A DNA stretch of 64,000 bases from Thermoanaerobaculia bacterium (GTDB lineage: Bacteria; Acidobacteriota; Thermoanaerobaculia; Multivoradales; Multivoraceae), in the NCBI GenBank assembly GCA_035546295.1, contig DATKBT010000125.1, positions 333,056 to 397,055 on the forward strand, read 5' to 3'. Numbering within the stretch: position 1 is the first letter of the stretch; the number at the start of each line of letters is the position of its first letter. Below, piece after piece: positions 22,138-33,031 of this stretch. The notes under the pieces are model-generated. The model had not been told where the DNA came from. It was given only the letters and a program-made list of their open reading frames with translations, and did no database searches. Made by a program: the position numbers and the translations under genes.

Positions 22138-22170
22138 GGCTCGTGGATCGATCGGGCGGAGCCGGCGAGA

Positions 22171-23289
22171 CTACCCGCGCCCGTACGCGAACTGGGCGTA
22201 GGCGAGCTCGGTCGTCCCCCACCACTGGTGGGCGGCCTCGCGGAAGCTGTTCCATCCCTCGTAGATCTTGCGGTAGCCGGCGTCCTTGGCCGCCTCCTGC
22301 TCCATCAGCTCGACGCTGGTGGCGTGGGCGGCGTTGAGGATGTCGTCGGCGAACACCCGCAGCTCGACCCCTTCCGCGAGCAGCCGGCCGAGCGCCGGGG
22401 GGTTGAGCGCGTCGTAGCGCGCCTGCATCGTGCGCAGGGCGGTGTCGGCGGCGCAGCGCAGGATGTCCCGATAGAGCGAGGGGAGCGAGTCCCAGGCCCG
22501 GCGGTTGATGTAGACCGAGAGGTTGGGCCCCGGCTCCCACCACCCCGGGTAGTAGTAGTAGCGGGCGACCCGGTGAAAGCCGAGCTTCTCGTCGTCGTAG
22601 GGGCCCACCCACTCGGTGGCGTCGATCGCGCCGCGCTCGAGCGCCGGGTAGATCTCGCCGCCGGCCAGGGTCTGGACGGTGACCCCCAGCTCGCTCAGCA
22701 CCTGGGCGCCCAGGCCCGGAATCCTCATCTTGAGCCCGCGCAAGTCCGCGATGCTGCCGACCTCGCGGCGGAACCAGCCGCCCATCTGGGCGCCGGTGTT
22801 GCCGGCGGGAAGCGCCAGGATCCCGAAGTCGGAGAGCAGCTCGTCGATCAGCTCGCCGCCGCCGGCCTCGGTGAGCCAGGCGGTCTGCTGGCGCGAGTCG
22901 AGGCCGAACGGCACGGCGGTGTCGAAGGCCAGCGCCGGATTCTTGCCGGTGTAGTAGTAGCTGGCCGAGTGGCCGAGCTGAACCGTTCCCTGCTGGACGG
23001 CGTCGAGCACCTGCAGACCCGGCACCAGCTCCCCCTGCGGGTAGCAGCGGATCCGGAAGCGACCCTCGCTGAGCTTCTCGACCTCCTCCGCGAGCACTTC
23101 GGCGGCCCCGTAGATGGTGTCCAGCGAGCGCGGAAAGCTCGACGCCAGGCGCCAGTTGAGGCGAGGCTTGGTCTGGACGGCGGGGCCGCCTTCGCCGCCT
23201 CCGCCGCAGCTCGCGACGGCGCCCGCGGCCGCGCCGAGGGCCGCGTTCTTGAGCAGGTGTCGGCGGTTCAACGGTCGCTGTCGAGACAT
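22171..23289 (-). CDS. TRAP transporter solute-binding protein (DctP family), Tat signal plus lipobox
   Basis: Tat-like RRHLLK followed by VASCGGG. It is convergent with the dctQM genes. Confidence 0.85.
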   Translation of the reverse strand: MSRQRPLNRRHLLKNAALGAAAGAVASCGGGGEGGPAVQTKPRLNWRLASSFPRSLDTIYGAAEVLAEEVEKLSEGRFRIRCYPQGELVPGLQVLDAVQQGTVQLGHSASYYYTGKNPALAFDTAVPFGLDSRQQTAWLTEAGGGELIDELLSDFGILALPAGNTGAQMGGWFRREVGSIADLRGLKMRIPGLGAQVLSELGVTVQTLAGGEIYPALERGAIDATEWVGPYDDEKLGFHRVARYYYYPGWWEPGPNLSVYINRRAWDSLPSLYRDILRCAADTALRTMQARYDALNPPALGRLLAEGVELRVFADDILNAAHATSVELMEQEAAKDAGYRKIYEGWNSFREAAHQWWGTTELAYAQFAYGRG

Positions 23290-23426
23290 CGAGATCCTCC
23301 TGGGTGCGACGCCGCTGGGGGCGGCGCAACGGGAAGAAGGGACGGGGACCGGCCGCGAGCGTAGCAGGACGGTGCGGCGCCGCCGCCGTCGACGGCCGGG
23401 GGGGAGCGACTCTGCGTGTCAGCCGC

Positions 23427-24449
23427 CTAGGTCGACTGCCGGTGGCTGGCGTGCTCGGCCAGCCAGCGCTCGGCGTCGATCGCGGCCCGGCAGCCGGATC
23501 CGGCGGCCGTGATCGCCTGACGGTAGCTGGGGTCCATCACGTCGCCGGCCGCGAACACGCCAGGGACGCGAGTGGCGGTGGTCGGGTGCGCGACGTCGAG
23601 GTAGCCCTGCGGGTTCGACGCGAGGCTCTCGGTGAACAGGTCGGTGTTGGGGCGATGCCCGATCGCCGTGAACACGCCCTGGCACTCGAGCGTGGAAGTC
23701 TCGCCGGTGACCGTGTCTTGCAGCCGAACTGCCGACACGCCATTCTCGCGGTCGCCGACGATCTCGGTCACGACCGCGTTCCAGCGCCACGCGATCTTCG
23801 GGTGGGCGCGGGCGCGGTCCTGCATGATGGCGGAGGCGCGCAGCTGGTCGCGGCGGTGCACGACCGTCACCTTGGTGGCGAACTTGGTGAGGAAGAGCGC
23901 CTCCTCCATCGCGGTGTCGCCGCCGCCGACCACGACCAGCTCCTTGTCGCGGAAGAAGAAGCCGTCGCAGGTCGCGCACGCGGAGACTCCGTAGCCCATC
24001 AGCTCGAGCTCCGACGGGATGCCGAGCTGCTTGGCGCTGGCGCCGGTGGCGATGATCACCGCGTCGGCGGTGTAGCTGCCGCCGTCCGTGGCGAGCCGGA
24101 ACGGCCGCGAGCCGAGGTCGACCGAGATCACCGTCTCGAACTCGACTTCGGCCCCGAACCGGCGGGCCTGATCACGCATCTTGTCGATCAGCTCGGGACC
24201 CAGGATGCCATCCGGGAAGCCGGGGTAGTTCTCCACGTCGGTGGTGATCGTCAGCTGGCCTCCCGGCTGCACACCCTCGAAGAGCAGCGGGGCCAGGTCT
24301 GCGCGAGCGGCATAGAGGGCGGCGGTGAGCCCAGCGGGGCCGCTGCCCAGGATCACCAGACGATGGTGGGAGTCCACCGGACGGTGGTGGGAGTCCACCG
24401 GACGGTGCAGAGAGTCCTGCGGTTCTTTCGGCTGTCGCGCCTCGTTCAC
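23427..24449 (-). CDS. trxB: thioredoxin-disulfide reductase with a 28-aa N-terminal extension
   Basis: LVILGSGPAGLTAALYAARA, the CATC redox motif (ACATCDGFFF) and GGGDTAMEEA are present. GTG start with AAGGAG upstream. The extension holds the tandem repeat HRPVDSH x2. Confidence 0.9.
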   Translation of the reverse strand: MNEARQPKEPQDSLHRPVDSHHRPVDSHHRLVILGSGPAGLTAALYAARADLAPLLFEGVQPGGQLTITTDVENYPGFPDGILGPELIDKMRDQARRFGAEVEFETVISVDLGSRPFRLATDGGSYTADAVIIATGASAKQLGIPSELELMGYGVSACATCDGFFFRDKELVVVGGGDTAMEEALFLTKFATKVTVVHRRDQLRASAIMQDRARAHPKIAWRWNAVVTEIVGDRENGVSAVRLQDTVTGETSTLECQGVFTAIGHRPNTDLFTESLASNPQGYLDVAHPTTATRVPGVFAAGDVMDPSYRQAITAAGSGCRAAIDAERWLAEHASHRQST

Positions 24450-24606
24450 TTCCTCGCGCTCCTTGTCGCCCTGTCACGCCGCGCGTCGAAACGCCGCGCG
24501 TCGAGGGCGCCGTGGGCCTCTGCCTCTTCGACTTGGGGATGGAATGCTACACAGACGACGGGCTCGGCGTCTGAACTGACCGGGCGCCTCCGCGGCGTGC
24601 GCGCTC

Positions 24607-25584
24607 TCAGTTGGCGCGATCCGGTCGCGTGTCGAGCGCCAGCGTCTCGACGATCGCCACGGCGTTGGCCGCAGTGAGAGCGAGGTTGTCGGCGAGCAGC
24701 CACAGCCAGACGACGCCGGGGCGTTCTCCTGGGATGACTGCGCCGAGCAGCACGTCCTCGCGGGAGGCGGTGTCGATCGGACCTGCATCGTCGTGCGGGG
24801 GCGCGACCAGCCGCGGAGAGCTGAGCAGCCGATGCCGGATCTCGGCGGGGTCCGCGCTGCGGGCGAGCTCGACCCGCGCGAGGATGCCGAGACCGTGGAA
24901 GACGCCAGCGTAGAGGATGCCGAAGGAGGCGTCGAGCTCCTCTCCGCGCACCGCCGACAGCTCCCCCGCGAGCCCGGCGGGATCGGGAGCGAGGCGGCCA
25001 TCGGCGGAGGGAGGCAGGAGGTTGAAGGCGAGCTGGGCGCCGAGCACGGAAGCCGGCGGCACCTCCTGAAAGGCGAGCAGGGAGCGCGCCTGGTCGAGGA
25101 CCTCGTCGAGCGCGCCGCGCCCGCGCACCGAGACCGGCAGCAGCACGGTCGAGGTCACGCGGGCCGGCTCGAGCTCGCGCAGTGCGGCGAGCGCGTAAGA
25201 GAGCACGATGGTGATGGCGTTGGCAGCGACCAGGGATCGCGCACCCTCGCTGGCGGTGTTGACTCCGCCTACCAAGGGCTCGCCGCCGCCGCAGACGGCC
25301 TCGGCGGCGACCTGTAGCACGATCGGACGGTCGTCTGCGCTCGGCAGCAGGGCCTCCAGGTCGGCGGCGGTGGCGCCGCAGGTGACCAGCAGGTCGAGCT
25401 CGCCGAGATCGGCGGCGGCCGCGTCCTCGACCAGCGCCGGGGATCGGCCGATCTCCGTCACCGTGCCGATCTCGTCGGCGCTGCCGAGGAGCACCCACTC
25501 GGCGCTCGGGCCGAGTGCGCCGCTGAGCCGCTCGCGCAGCTCCTGGCCGAGCAGCGATGTCGGGTGGTAGAGGCCGATCTTCAC
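24607..25584 (-). CDS. aspartate-semialdehyde dehydrogenase-fold protein lacking the catalytic Cys/His (putative pseudoenzyme)
   Basis: GTG start overlaps the pssA stop (GTGA) and has a GAGGAAGG ribosome-binding site. Blocks LDLLVTCGATAADLEAL, GARSLVAANAITIVLSYAL and C-terminal VWLWLLADNLALTAANAVAIV align to Asd. NAI replaces NCT, and the CHSQ block is absent. Confidence 0.6.
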   Translation of the reverse strand: MKIGLYHPTSLLGQELRERLSGALGPSAEWVLLGSADEIGTVTEIGRSPALVEDAAAADLGELDLLVTCGATAADLEALLPSADDRPIVLQVAAEAVCGGGEPLVGGVNTASEGARSLVAANAITIVLSYALAALRELEPARVTSTVLLPVSVRGRGALDEVLDQARSLLAFQEVPPASVLGAQLAFNLLPPSADGRLAPDPAGLAGELSAVRGEELDASFGILYAGVFHGLGILARVELARSADPAEIRHRLLSSPRLVAPPHDDAGPIDTASREDVLLGAVIPGERPGVVWLWLLADNLALTAANAVAIVETLALDTRPDRAN

Positions 25585-26408
25585 GACAGACCTTCCTCGG
25601 TGGGAGCTTCCGGCTCCCCCTCGCCGCTGCTTTCGGACGCCTCGGTCTCGTCTGCCGCGCCGCGTTGCCGCACGACGCGGCGCAGCACGCCGCCGAGGGG
25701 GCCCGAGAGCGCATAGACCCCGCTGACGGTGAGGAAGAAAGCCGGCGGGTTGAGCACCAGGAGCAGGACCACCACCGTGATCGGCAGCGCGATCCGGAAG
25801 CTCCAGCGTCTCCTCGGGTCGAGCTCCTTGAAGGACCAGTAGCGGAAGGTCGACACCATCAGCAGCCCGAGGACCACGGGGGCGGTGAGCAGCAGGAGTC
25901 GCACCAGGTCGCCCTTGGCGCCGATCTCGTCGCAGTAGTAGAGGATCGAGCCGAGGGCGCCCGCCGCCGCGGGAGCCGGGAGGCCGACGAAGTAGCGCTT
26001 GTCGAGGATGCGGGTCTGGACGTTGAAGCGAGCCAGCCGGGTGGCTGTGCAGACCAGGTAGAACAGCGGGCAGAGCCAGCCGATCCGCCCCGCGTCCTGC
26101 AGCCCCCACGAGTAGACGAGGAAGGCCGGCGCGACGCCGAAGGTGATGACGTCGGCGAGCGAGTCGTACTCCCGCCCGAAGTCGCTCGCAGTCTGCGTGA
26201 CCCGGGCGAGGCGGCCGTCGAGGGTGTCGACGAAGGCGGCGACGAAGACGAGCAGGATGGCGAACTGGTACTCCCCCCGCAGCCCGCTGACCAGGCTGAA
26301 GAAGCCGAGCAGGATGTTGCCGATGGTGATCAGGCTGGGGAGCAGGTACGCCCCCCGCCGCAGGCGCGCCTTCCTGCGTTCGAGCCGAGCTCCGGGGGGC
26401 TCGGTCAT
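25581..26408 (-). CDS. pssA: CDP-diacylglycerol--serine O-phosphatidyltransferase (CDP-alcohol phosphatidyltransferase family)
   Basis: DTLDGRLAR...DSLADVITFG CDP-OH phosphotransferase motif; ATG overlaps the psd stop (ATGA). Confidence 0.85.
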   Translation of the reverse strand: MTEPPGARLERRKARLRRGAYLLPSLITIGNILLGFFSLVSGLRGEYQFAILLVFVAAFVDTLDGRLARVTQTASDFGREYDSLADVITFGVAPAFLVYSWGLQDAGRIGWLCPLFYLVCTATRLARFNVQTRILDKRYFVGLPAPAAAGALGSILYYCDEIGAKGDLVRLLLLTAPVVLGLLMVSTFRYWSFKELDPRRRWSFRIALPITVVVLLLVLNPPAFFLTVSGVYALSGPLGGVLRRVVRQRGAADETEASESSGEGEPEAPTEEGLS

Positions 26409-27058
26409 CCGCCCTCCCCGACGGTGCCAGGACCGGGGCGCGCCATGGGGGTCAGCCCGGCGCGCACGGACTGCCCGCGCTCGACCAGCGGCTCGTAGCC
26501 AGGGGGCAGCAGGAGGTCGACTCGCGATCCGAACTTGATGATGCCGAGGTGCTCTCCCCGCCGCACCCGATCGCCGCGATCGAGGTAGTGCACCACCCGG
26601 CGCGCCACCAGCCCCGCGATCTGGCGCACTCCCACCAGCGAGCCGTCCTGCTGGCGCAGCACCGTGAGGTGGCTCTCGTTGAGCGCCGCCGCCCGCGGAT
26701 CGAAGGCGGCGAGCTTGCGGCCTCGCTTGCCGGCCGAGAGCACGACTTCGCCGGTCGTCGGCGAGCGCTGGACGTGGACGTCGAACACCGACAGGAAGGT
26801 GGCGATGCGCAGGAGCTGGCCGGGCGCCACCTCGCCGTCCTCCAGCCATTCGACGCCGATGACCCGGCCGTCGGCCGCCGACAGGATCACGTCGGCGTCC
26901 CCTTCGAAGGTGCGATGGGGGTCCCGGAAGAACAGCAGGACGAGCACGCCCACGCCGAGGACGGCCAGCATCGCCCATGGCATTCCCAGCCAGCCGAGGA
27001 CGGCTCCGGCGACGACGAAGGGAACGACGAAGGGCCAGCCCTCGGGTGCGAAGCTCAC
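26405..27058 (-). CDS. psd: phosphatidylserine decarboxylase (short, archaeal-type proenzyme)
   Basis: 217 aa; GIIKFGSRVDLLLP carries the G-S cleavage/pyruvoyl site; GTG start. Confidence 0.85.
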   Translation of the reverse strand: MSFAPEGWPFVVPFVVAGAVLGWLGMPWAMLAVLGVGVLVLLFFRDPHRTFEGDADVILSAADGRVIGVEWLEDGEVAPGQLLRIATFLSVFDVHVQRSPTTGEVVLSAGKRGRKLAAFDPRAAALNESHLTVLRQQDGSLVGVRQIAGLVARRVVHYLDRGDRVRRGEHLGIIKFGSRVDLLLPPGYEPLVERGQSVRAGLTPMARPGPGTVGEGG

Positions 27059-27104
27059 CGGCCGAATCTAGCAGCCCGTGGGTGAAACTCCCGGAGGTCC
27101 GGGA

Positions 27105-27332
27105 TCAGACGGTGGCCGAGGCTTCGTGCTCCCGGACCAGGCTCGCCATGCGGTCCTTGAGGGCGAGCTTGTGGACCTTGATCTTCTTGGTTTCCGCCTC
27201 GTCTTCCTGCGACAGGGACGCCTTCTCCAGGATGGCTTCGAGCCGGGACTCGTACTCCTGGTGCTCCTGGTGGAGACGACGGAATTCCTCGTCGTGCGCG
27301 AGTAGCTCCTGGCGGACGACCTCTTGATTCAT
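27105..27332 (-). CDS. DUF465 (YdcH-like) small protein
   Basis: 75 aa; EEFRRLHQEHQEYESRLE...TKKIKVHKLALKDRM matches the DUF465 pattern. Confidence 0.7.
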   Translation of the reverse strand: MNQEVVRQELLAHDEEFRRLHQEHQEYESRLEAILEKASLSQEDEAETKKIKVHKLALKDRMASLVREHEASATV

Positions 27333-27529
27333 GCGAAGTGCTCCTCGAACTGGATCTCTGAAGGGCCCAGCCCAGGGCGAGGGCCTGGGATCGGCGCGTG
27401 ATGCGAACGCACTCGCACCGCGGCCTCTCCTAGAGAGACGCTCCGATGACCGGGCTGATGCTCACCATCACTGACTCGACAGTAACACCGGCGATGGTCG
27501 GCGGCAACGCCGCGGGAGCGCTCCGCCGA

Positions 27530-28057
27530 TCACCGGCGGAACCGCTGTGCGGTGGGCTCTGCGGCGGTGGAGGAGCCCAGCCGGAGGTCGAGCAGGAGCG
27601 CATCGGTGCAGTCCTCGTAGTAGCGGCGCCGCCGACCCGTGATCCGGAAGCCCAGCCCCTGGTAGAGCCCGAGCGCGGCATGGTTGTCCTCGCGGACCTC
27701 GAGCAGCAGCTCCGGGATGGCCGCTCGGTCGAAGGCGTCGATCATGGCGCCCACCAGGCTCCGGGCGACTGATCGGCGGCGATGGGCCGGGGCGACGCCG
27801 ATGCGCAGCAGCTCGGCGCTCGCTCCGGTGGAGCGAGCGATGGCGAATCCGACCGGACGCTGGTCGAGGAGCGCGATCCAGGTCCTCGACGACGCCAAGG
27901 CGAGCTCGGCGGCGAGGAGCCGTCGGCTCCACGGGCGGGCGAAGCACCGCCGCTCCAGCTCGACCAGGTCGTCGAGATCGGAGGCGCCAGCGGGACGGAT
28001 CCGGGTGGAGGGGGGCCGGGCGCCATGATCGGCGCTGCCCCGATCTTCGCCGCTCAT
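27530..28057 (-). CDS. rimI: ribosomal-protein-alanine N-acetyltransferase
   Basis: GNAT motifs (RRRSVARSLV, ALGLYQGLGF); ATG overlaps the tsaB stop (ATGA). Confidence 0.8.
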   Translation of the reverse strand: MSGEDRGSADHGARPPSTRIRPAGASDLDDLVELERRCFARPWSRRLLAAELALASSRTWIALLDQRPVGFAIARSTGASAELLRIGVAPAHRRRSVARSLVGAMIDAFDRAAIPELLLEVREDNHAALGLYQGLGFRITGRRRRYYEDCTDALLLDLRLGSSTAAEPTAQRFRR

Positions 28058-28731
28058 CGCGCGGCGCGGGCCGGCGTGACCGCCGGGCTCCGCAGGTAGA
28101 GCGGCCGGGTGAGGGTGCCCGAATCCCAATCGCGGAGGCGTTCGGCGAGCCGCACCGCGATCGGAGCGAGCGCGCCCGGCACCACCACGTCGCCTGCGAA
28201 GGCGCCTCCGGCGAGTCGCTCGGCAGAGAAGCCGGAGAGGCAGCCGATGCGCTGGCGCTCGATCAGATCGAGCGCCTCGGCGCGCAGCACCCGACGAGGC
28301 GGCGAAATCGGCTCGCGTGGCTGGTTGCGACCGAACGGCGCCACGTACCAGTGATCGCGCAGCGCGTCAACGACGGCCAGGCACCGTTGCTCGGCAGAGC
28401 GCTCGAAGCCGGCCTCGGCCAGCACCTCGAGGGTGGAGATCGCGATCGCGGGAATCGCGAGCGCATGATGCAGGCCGAGGGCGGTCGCCAGGCCCACGCG
28501 CAGTCCGGTGAAGCTGCCGGGCCCGCGCAGGGCGACGACCCCTCCCAGCTCGCTCGGTGCGATGCCGGTCTCGGTGAGCACCTCGTCGACCAGCCCGAGG
28601 AGACGCTCCGAGCAGGCGCGCGGCGGGCCCGTGCGCACCGACGAAGAGAAGCCGCGCCCGCCGACGGCGACGCTCGGCGCCGAGGAGCCGGTGTCGATCG
28701 CCAGGAACGGCGGCTGCGGTCGTGTCTCCAT
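28054..28731 (-). CDS. tsaB: tRNA threonylcarbamoyladenosine biosynthesis protein TsaB
   Basis: FLAIDTGSSAPSVAV...GPGSFTGLRVGLATA blocks of the YeaZ family; start at the internal ATG METRPQ. Confidence 0.85.
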   Translation of the reverse strand: METRPQPPFLAIDTGSSAPSVAVGGRGFSSSVRTGPPRACSERLLGLVDEVLTETGIAPSELGGVVALRGPGSFTGLRVGLATALGLHHALAIPAIAISTLEVLAEAGFERSAEQRCLAVVDALRDHWYVAPFGRNQPREPISPPRRVLRAEALDLIERQRIGCLSGFSAERLAGGAFAGDVVVPGALAPIAVRLAERLRDWDSGTLTRPLYLRSPAVTPARAAR

Positions 28732-28811
28732 GTTCGGTCCTCGGAGCAACGGGCCCGCGGAGAGCATAGCGAGCCTCAGGGCGGCTGGATGGCTGGCTAT
28801 ACTGCTCCGCC

Positions 28812-31487
<2,676 letters not shown>

Positions 31488-31569
31488 GAACCTGTCCGAG
31501 TTTTCGGGATCTGGCTCTACGGCTGTTTGCCCGGCGACGCGCCGCAGGCGCCTGGAGCCGGGAGAGCAT

Positions 31570-31626
31570 CTAGCCGGAGAATGTGCTACAGCGCGCGCAA
31601 GGCGCGACAGCACATTCGGAGGCTAG
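31570..31626. repeat. palindromic element CTAGCCGGAGAATGTGCT-loop-AGCACATTCGGAGGCTAG in the convergent mutS/ssb gap
   Basis: A 9-bp stem GAATGTGCT/AGCACATTC encloses a GC-rich inner hairpin; CTAG at both ends; overlaps the ssb stop. It is a likely bidirectional terminator and belongs to a 4-member family (see 46096, 46218, 55491). Confidence 0.6.
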
Positions 31627-32039
31627 AACGGAATGTCGTCGTCGACGGGGCCGGAGTCGAACTGCGTGTCCTCGTCGCCCGGGGCGGGGCGGGATGCGCC
31701 GGCGGCGTCGCCGCGCTGGCCGAGCATCTGGAAGTTATCGCACACGATCTCGGTGGTGTACTTCTTCTCACCCGTGTTGCGGTCGTCCCAGGACCGCGTC
31801 TGCAGCCGTCCCTCAACGTAGATTTGTTTGCCCTTGGTCAGATACTGACCGGCGACCTCGGCCTGGCGCCCCCAGCAGACGATGCGATGCCACTCCGTCT
31901 GCTCTTGCCGGTTGCCCTCGCGGTCCGTCCAGCGACGGTTGGTGGCGAGCGTGAAGTTGGCGACCGACTGGCCGTTGGGGGTCGTGCGGATCTCGGGATC
32001 GCGCCCGAGGTTGCCGATCAAGATGACTTTGTTGACCAT
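31623..32039 (-). CDS. ssb: single-stranded DNA-binding protein
   Basis: [18 protein letters not shown]-fold N-terminus and acidic tail DDDIPF; start at the internal ATG. Confidence 0.9.
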   Translation of the reverse strand: MVNKVILIGNLGRDPEIRTTPNGQSVANFTLATNRRWTDREGNRQEQTEWHRIVCWGRQAEVAGQYLTKGKQIYVEGRLQTRSWDDRNTGEKKYTTEIVCDNFQMLGQRGDAAGASRPAPGDEDTQFDSGPVDDDIPF

Positions 32040-32084
32040 GAGAAACCTCTGTTCCTTTCGCCCGTCGGGCGTTTCGGGGAGCGC

Positions 32085-32097
32085 CGCTATCATAGCG
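32085..32097. promoter_or_regulatory. perfect 13-bp AT-centred palindrome CGCTATCATAGCG in the divergent ssb/dtd region
   Basis: It sits about 50 bp upstream of the ssb ATG in an otherwise >70% GC region. It could act as a -10-like TATCAT/TATGAT element on either strand or as a repressor box. Confidence 0.3.
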
Positions 32098-32227
32098 ACG
32101 ACCGGACTGGCTCTCGGTCCCCGAGCCACGGCGGCGCGGCGACCACGGGCCCCTGGCTCCAGAGCCGCCCGGCGGGGCGATGGGCTCGGGGCCCGAGAGT
32201 CCGCTTTCGGAGAGAGAGACGCAATCT

Positions 32228-32683
32228 GTGCGCACGGTCTTGCAGCGAGTTCGTCGAGCGAGCGTACGCGTACGCGGCGAGGTGGTCGGGGAAATCGAGT
32301 CCGGCCTGCTGGCGCTGGTCGGGATCGCCGCCGACGACGGCGCAGGACAGGTGCGTGCGACGGCCCAGAAGATCCGCGGGCTGCGGATCTTCGAGGACCA
32401 GCAGGGGCGGATGAACCTGGACGTGGTGCAGGCCGGGGGCGCCGTCCTGGTGGTCTCTCAGTTCACCCTGGTGGCCGATGTCACTGGCGGACGACGGCCG
32501 TCGTTCTCGTCGGCGGCGCCAGCGGAACGGGCGAGCGAGCTGATGCTCGCGCTGGCCACGGAGCTGAGGGACCTGGGCGTGCCCGTTGCGGAGGGCCGCT
32601 TCGGAGCCTCGATGGAGGTCGAGCTGATCAACGACGGCCCCGTCACCTTCGTGCTCGAGACCGCCGACCTGACCGACTGCTAG
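32228..32683 (+). CDS. dtd: D-aminoacyl-tRNA deacylase
   Basis: GTG start; [15 protein letters not shown]...[17 protein letters not shown] Dtd motifs; about 151 aa. Confidence 0.85.
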   Translation: MRTVLQRVRRASVRVRGEVVGEIESGLLALVGIAADDGAGQVRATAQKIRGLRIFEDQQGRMNLDVVQAGGAVLVVSQFTLVADVTGGRRPSFSSAAPAERASELMLALATELRDLGVPVAEGRFGASMEVELINDGPVTFVLETADLTDC

Positions 32684-32713
32684 CGTCCCAGGGCACCAGA
32701 TCTCCCGGGTCTC

Positions 32714-32980
32714 CTAGATCTCCTTGAGCTCCTTGCCGGGCTTGAAGCGCACCGTCTTGCCGGGGGTGATCGCAACCTCCACCCCGGTTCTCGGGTTGCG
32801 GCCGATCCCTCGCTTTCGCTCGCGCACCGTGAAGACTCCGAACCCACGGAGCTCGATGCGCTTCCCCTCGCTGAGCGCAGAGCGCATGGCATCCAGGATC
32901 GTGTCGACGGCGACTGCGGCCTTCACCCGGGACACCTCGGAGCTCTCCGCAACACGGTTCACGATGTCCGCCTTGATCAT
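32714..32980 (-). CDS. hup: HU/IHF-family DNA-binding protein
   Basis: 88 aa; RGFGVFTVRERKRGIGRNPRTGVEV arm motif. Confidence 0.9.
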   Translation of the reverse strand: MIKADIVNRVAESSEVSRVKAAVAVDTILDAMRSALSEGKRIELRGFGVFTVRERKRGIGRNPRTGVEVAITPGKTVRFKPGKELKEI

Positions 32981-33031
32981 GCTGTCACCTCCGGGACGGG
33001 GCTGGCAGGCTAGCCCGGGGGTCAGGAGTTG

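Noticed and set aside
27333-27529. Hairpin CCCAGG-GCGAGGG-CCTGGG between rimI and the DUF465 gene as a terminator
   Set aside because: Short stem, no U-tract, and it lies within a probable promoter region for the downstream minus-strand genes. Evidence is insufficient.
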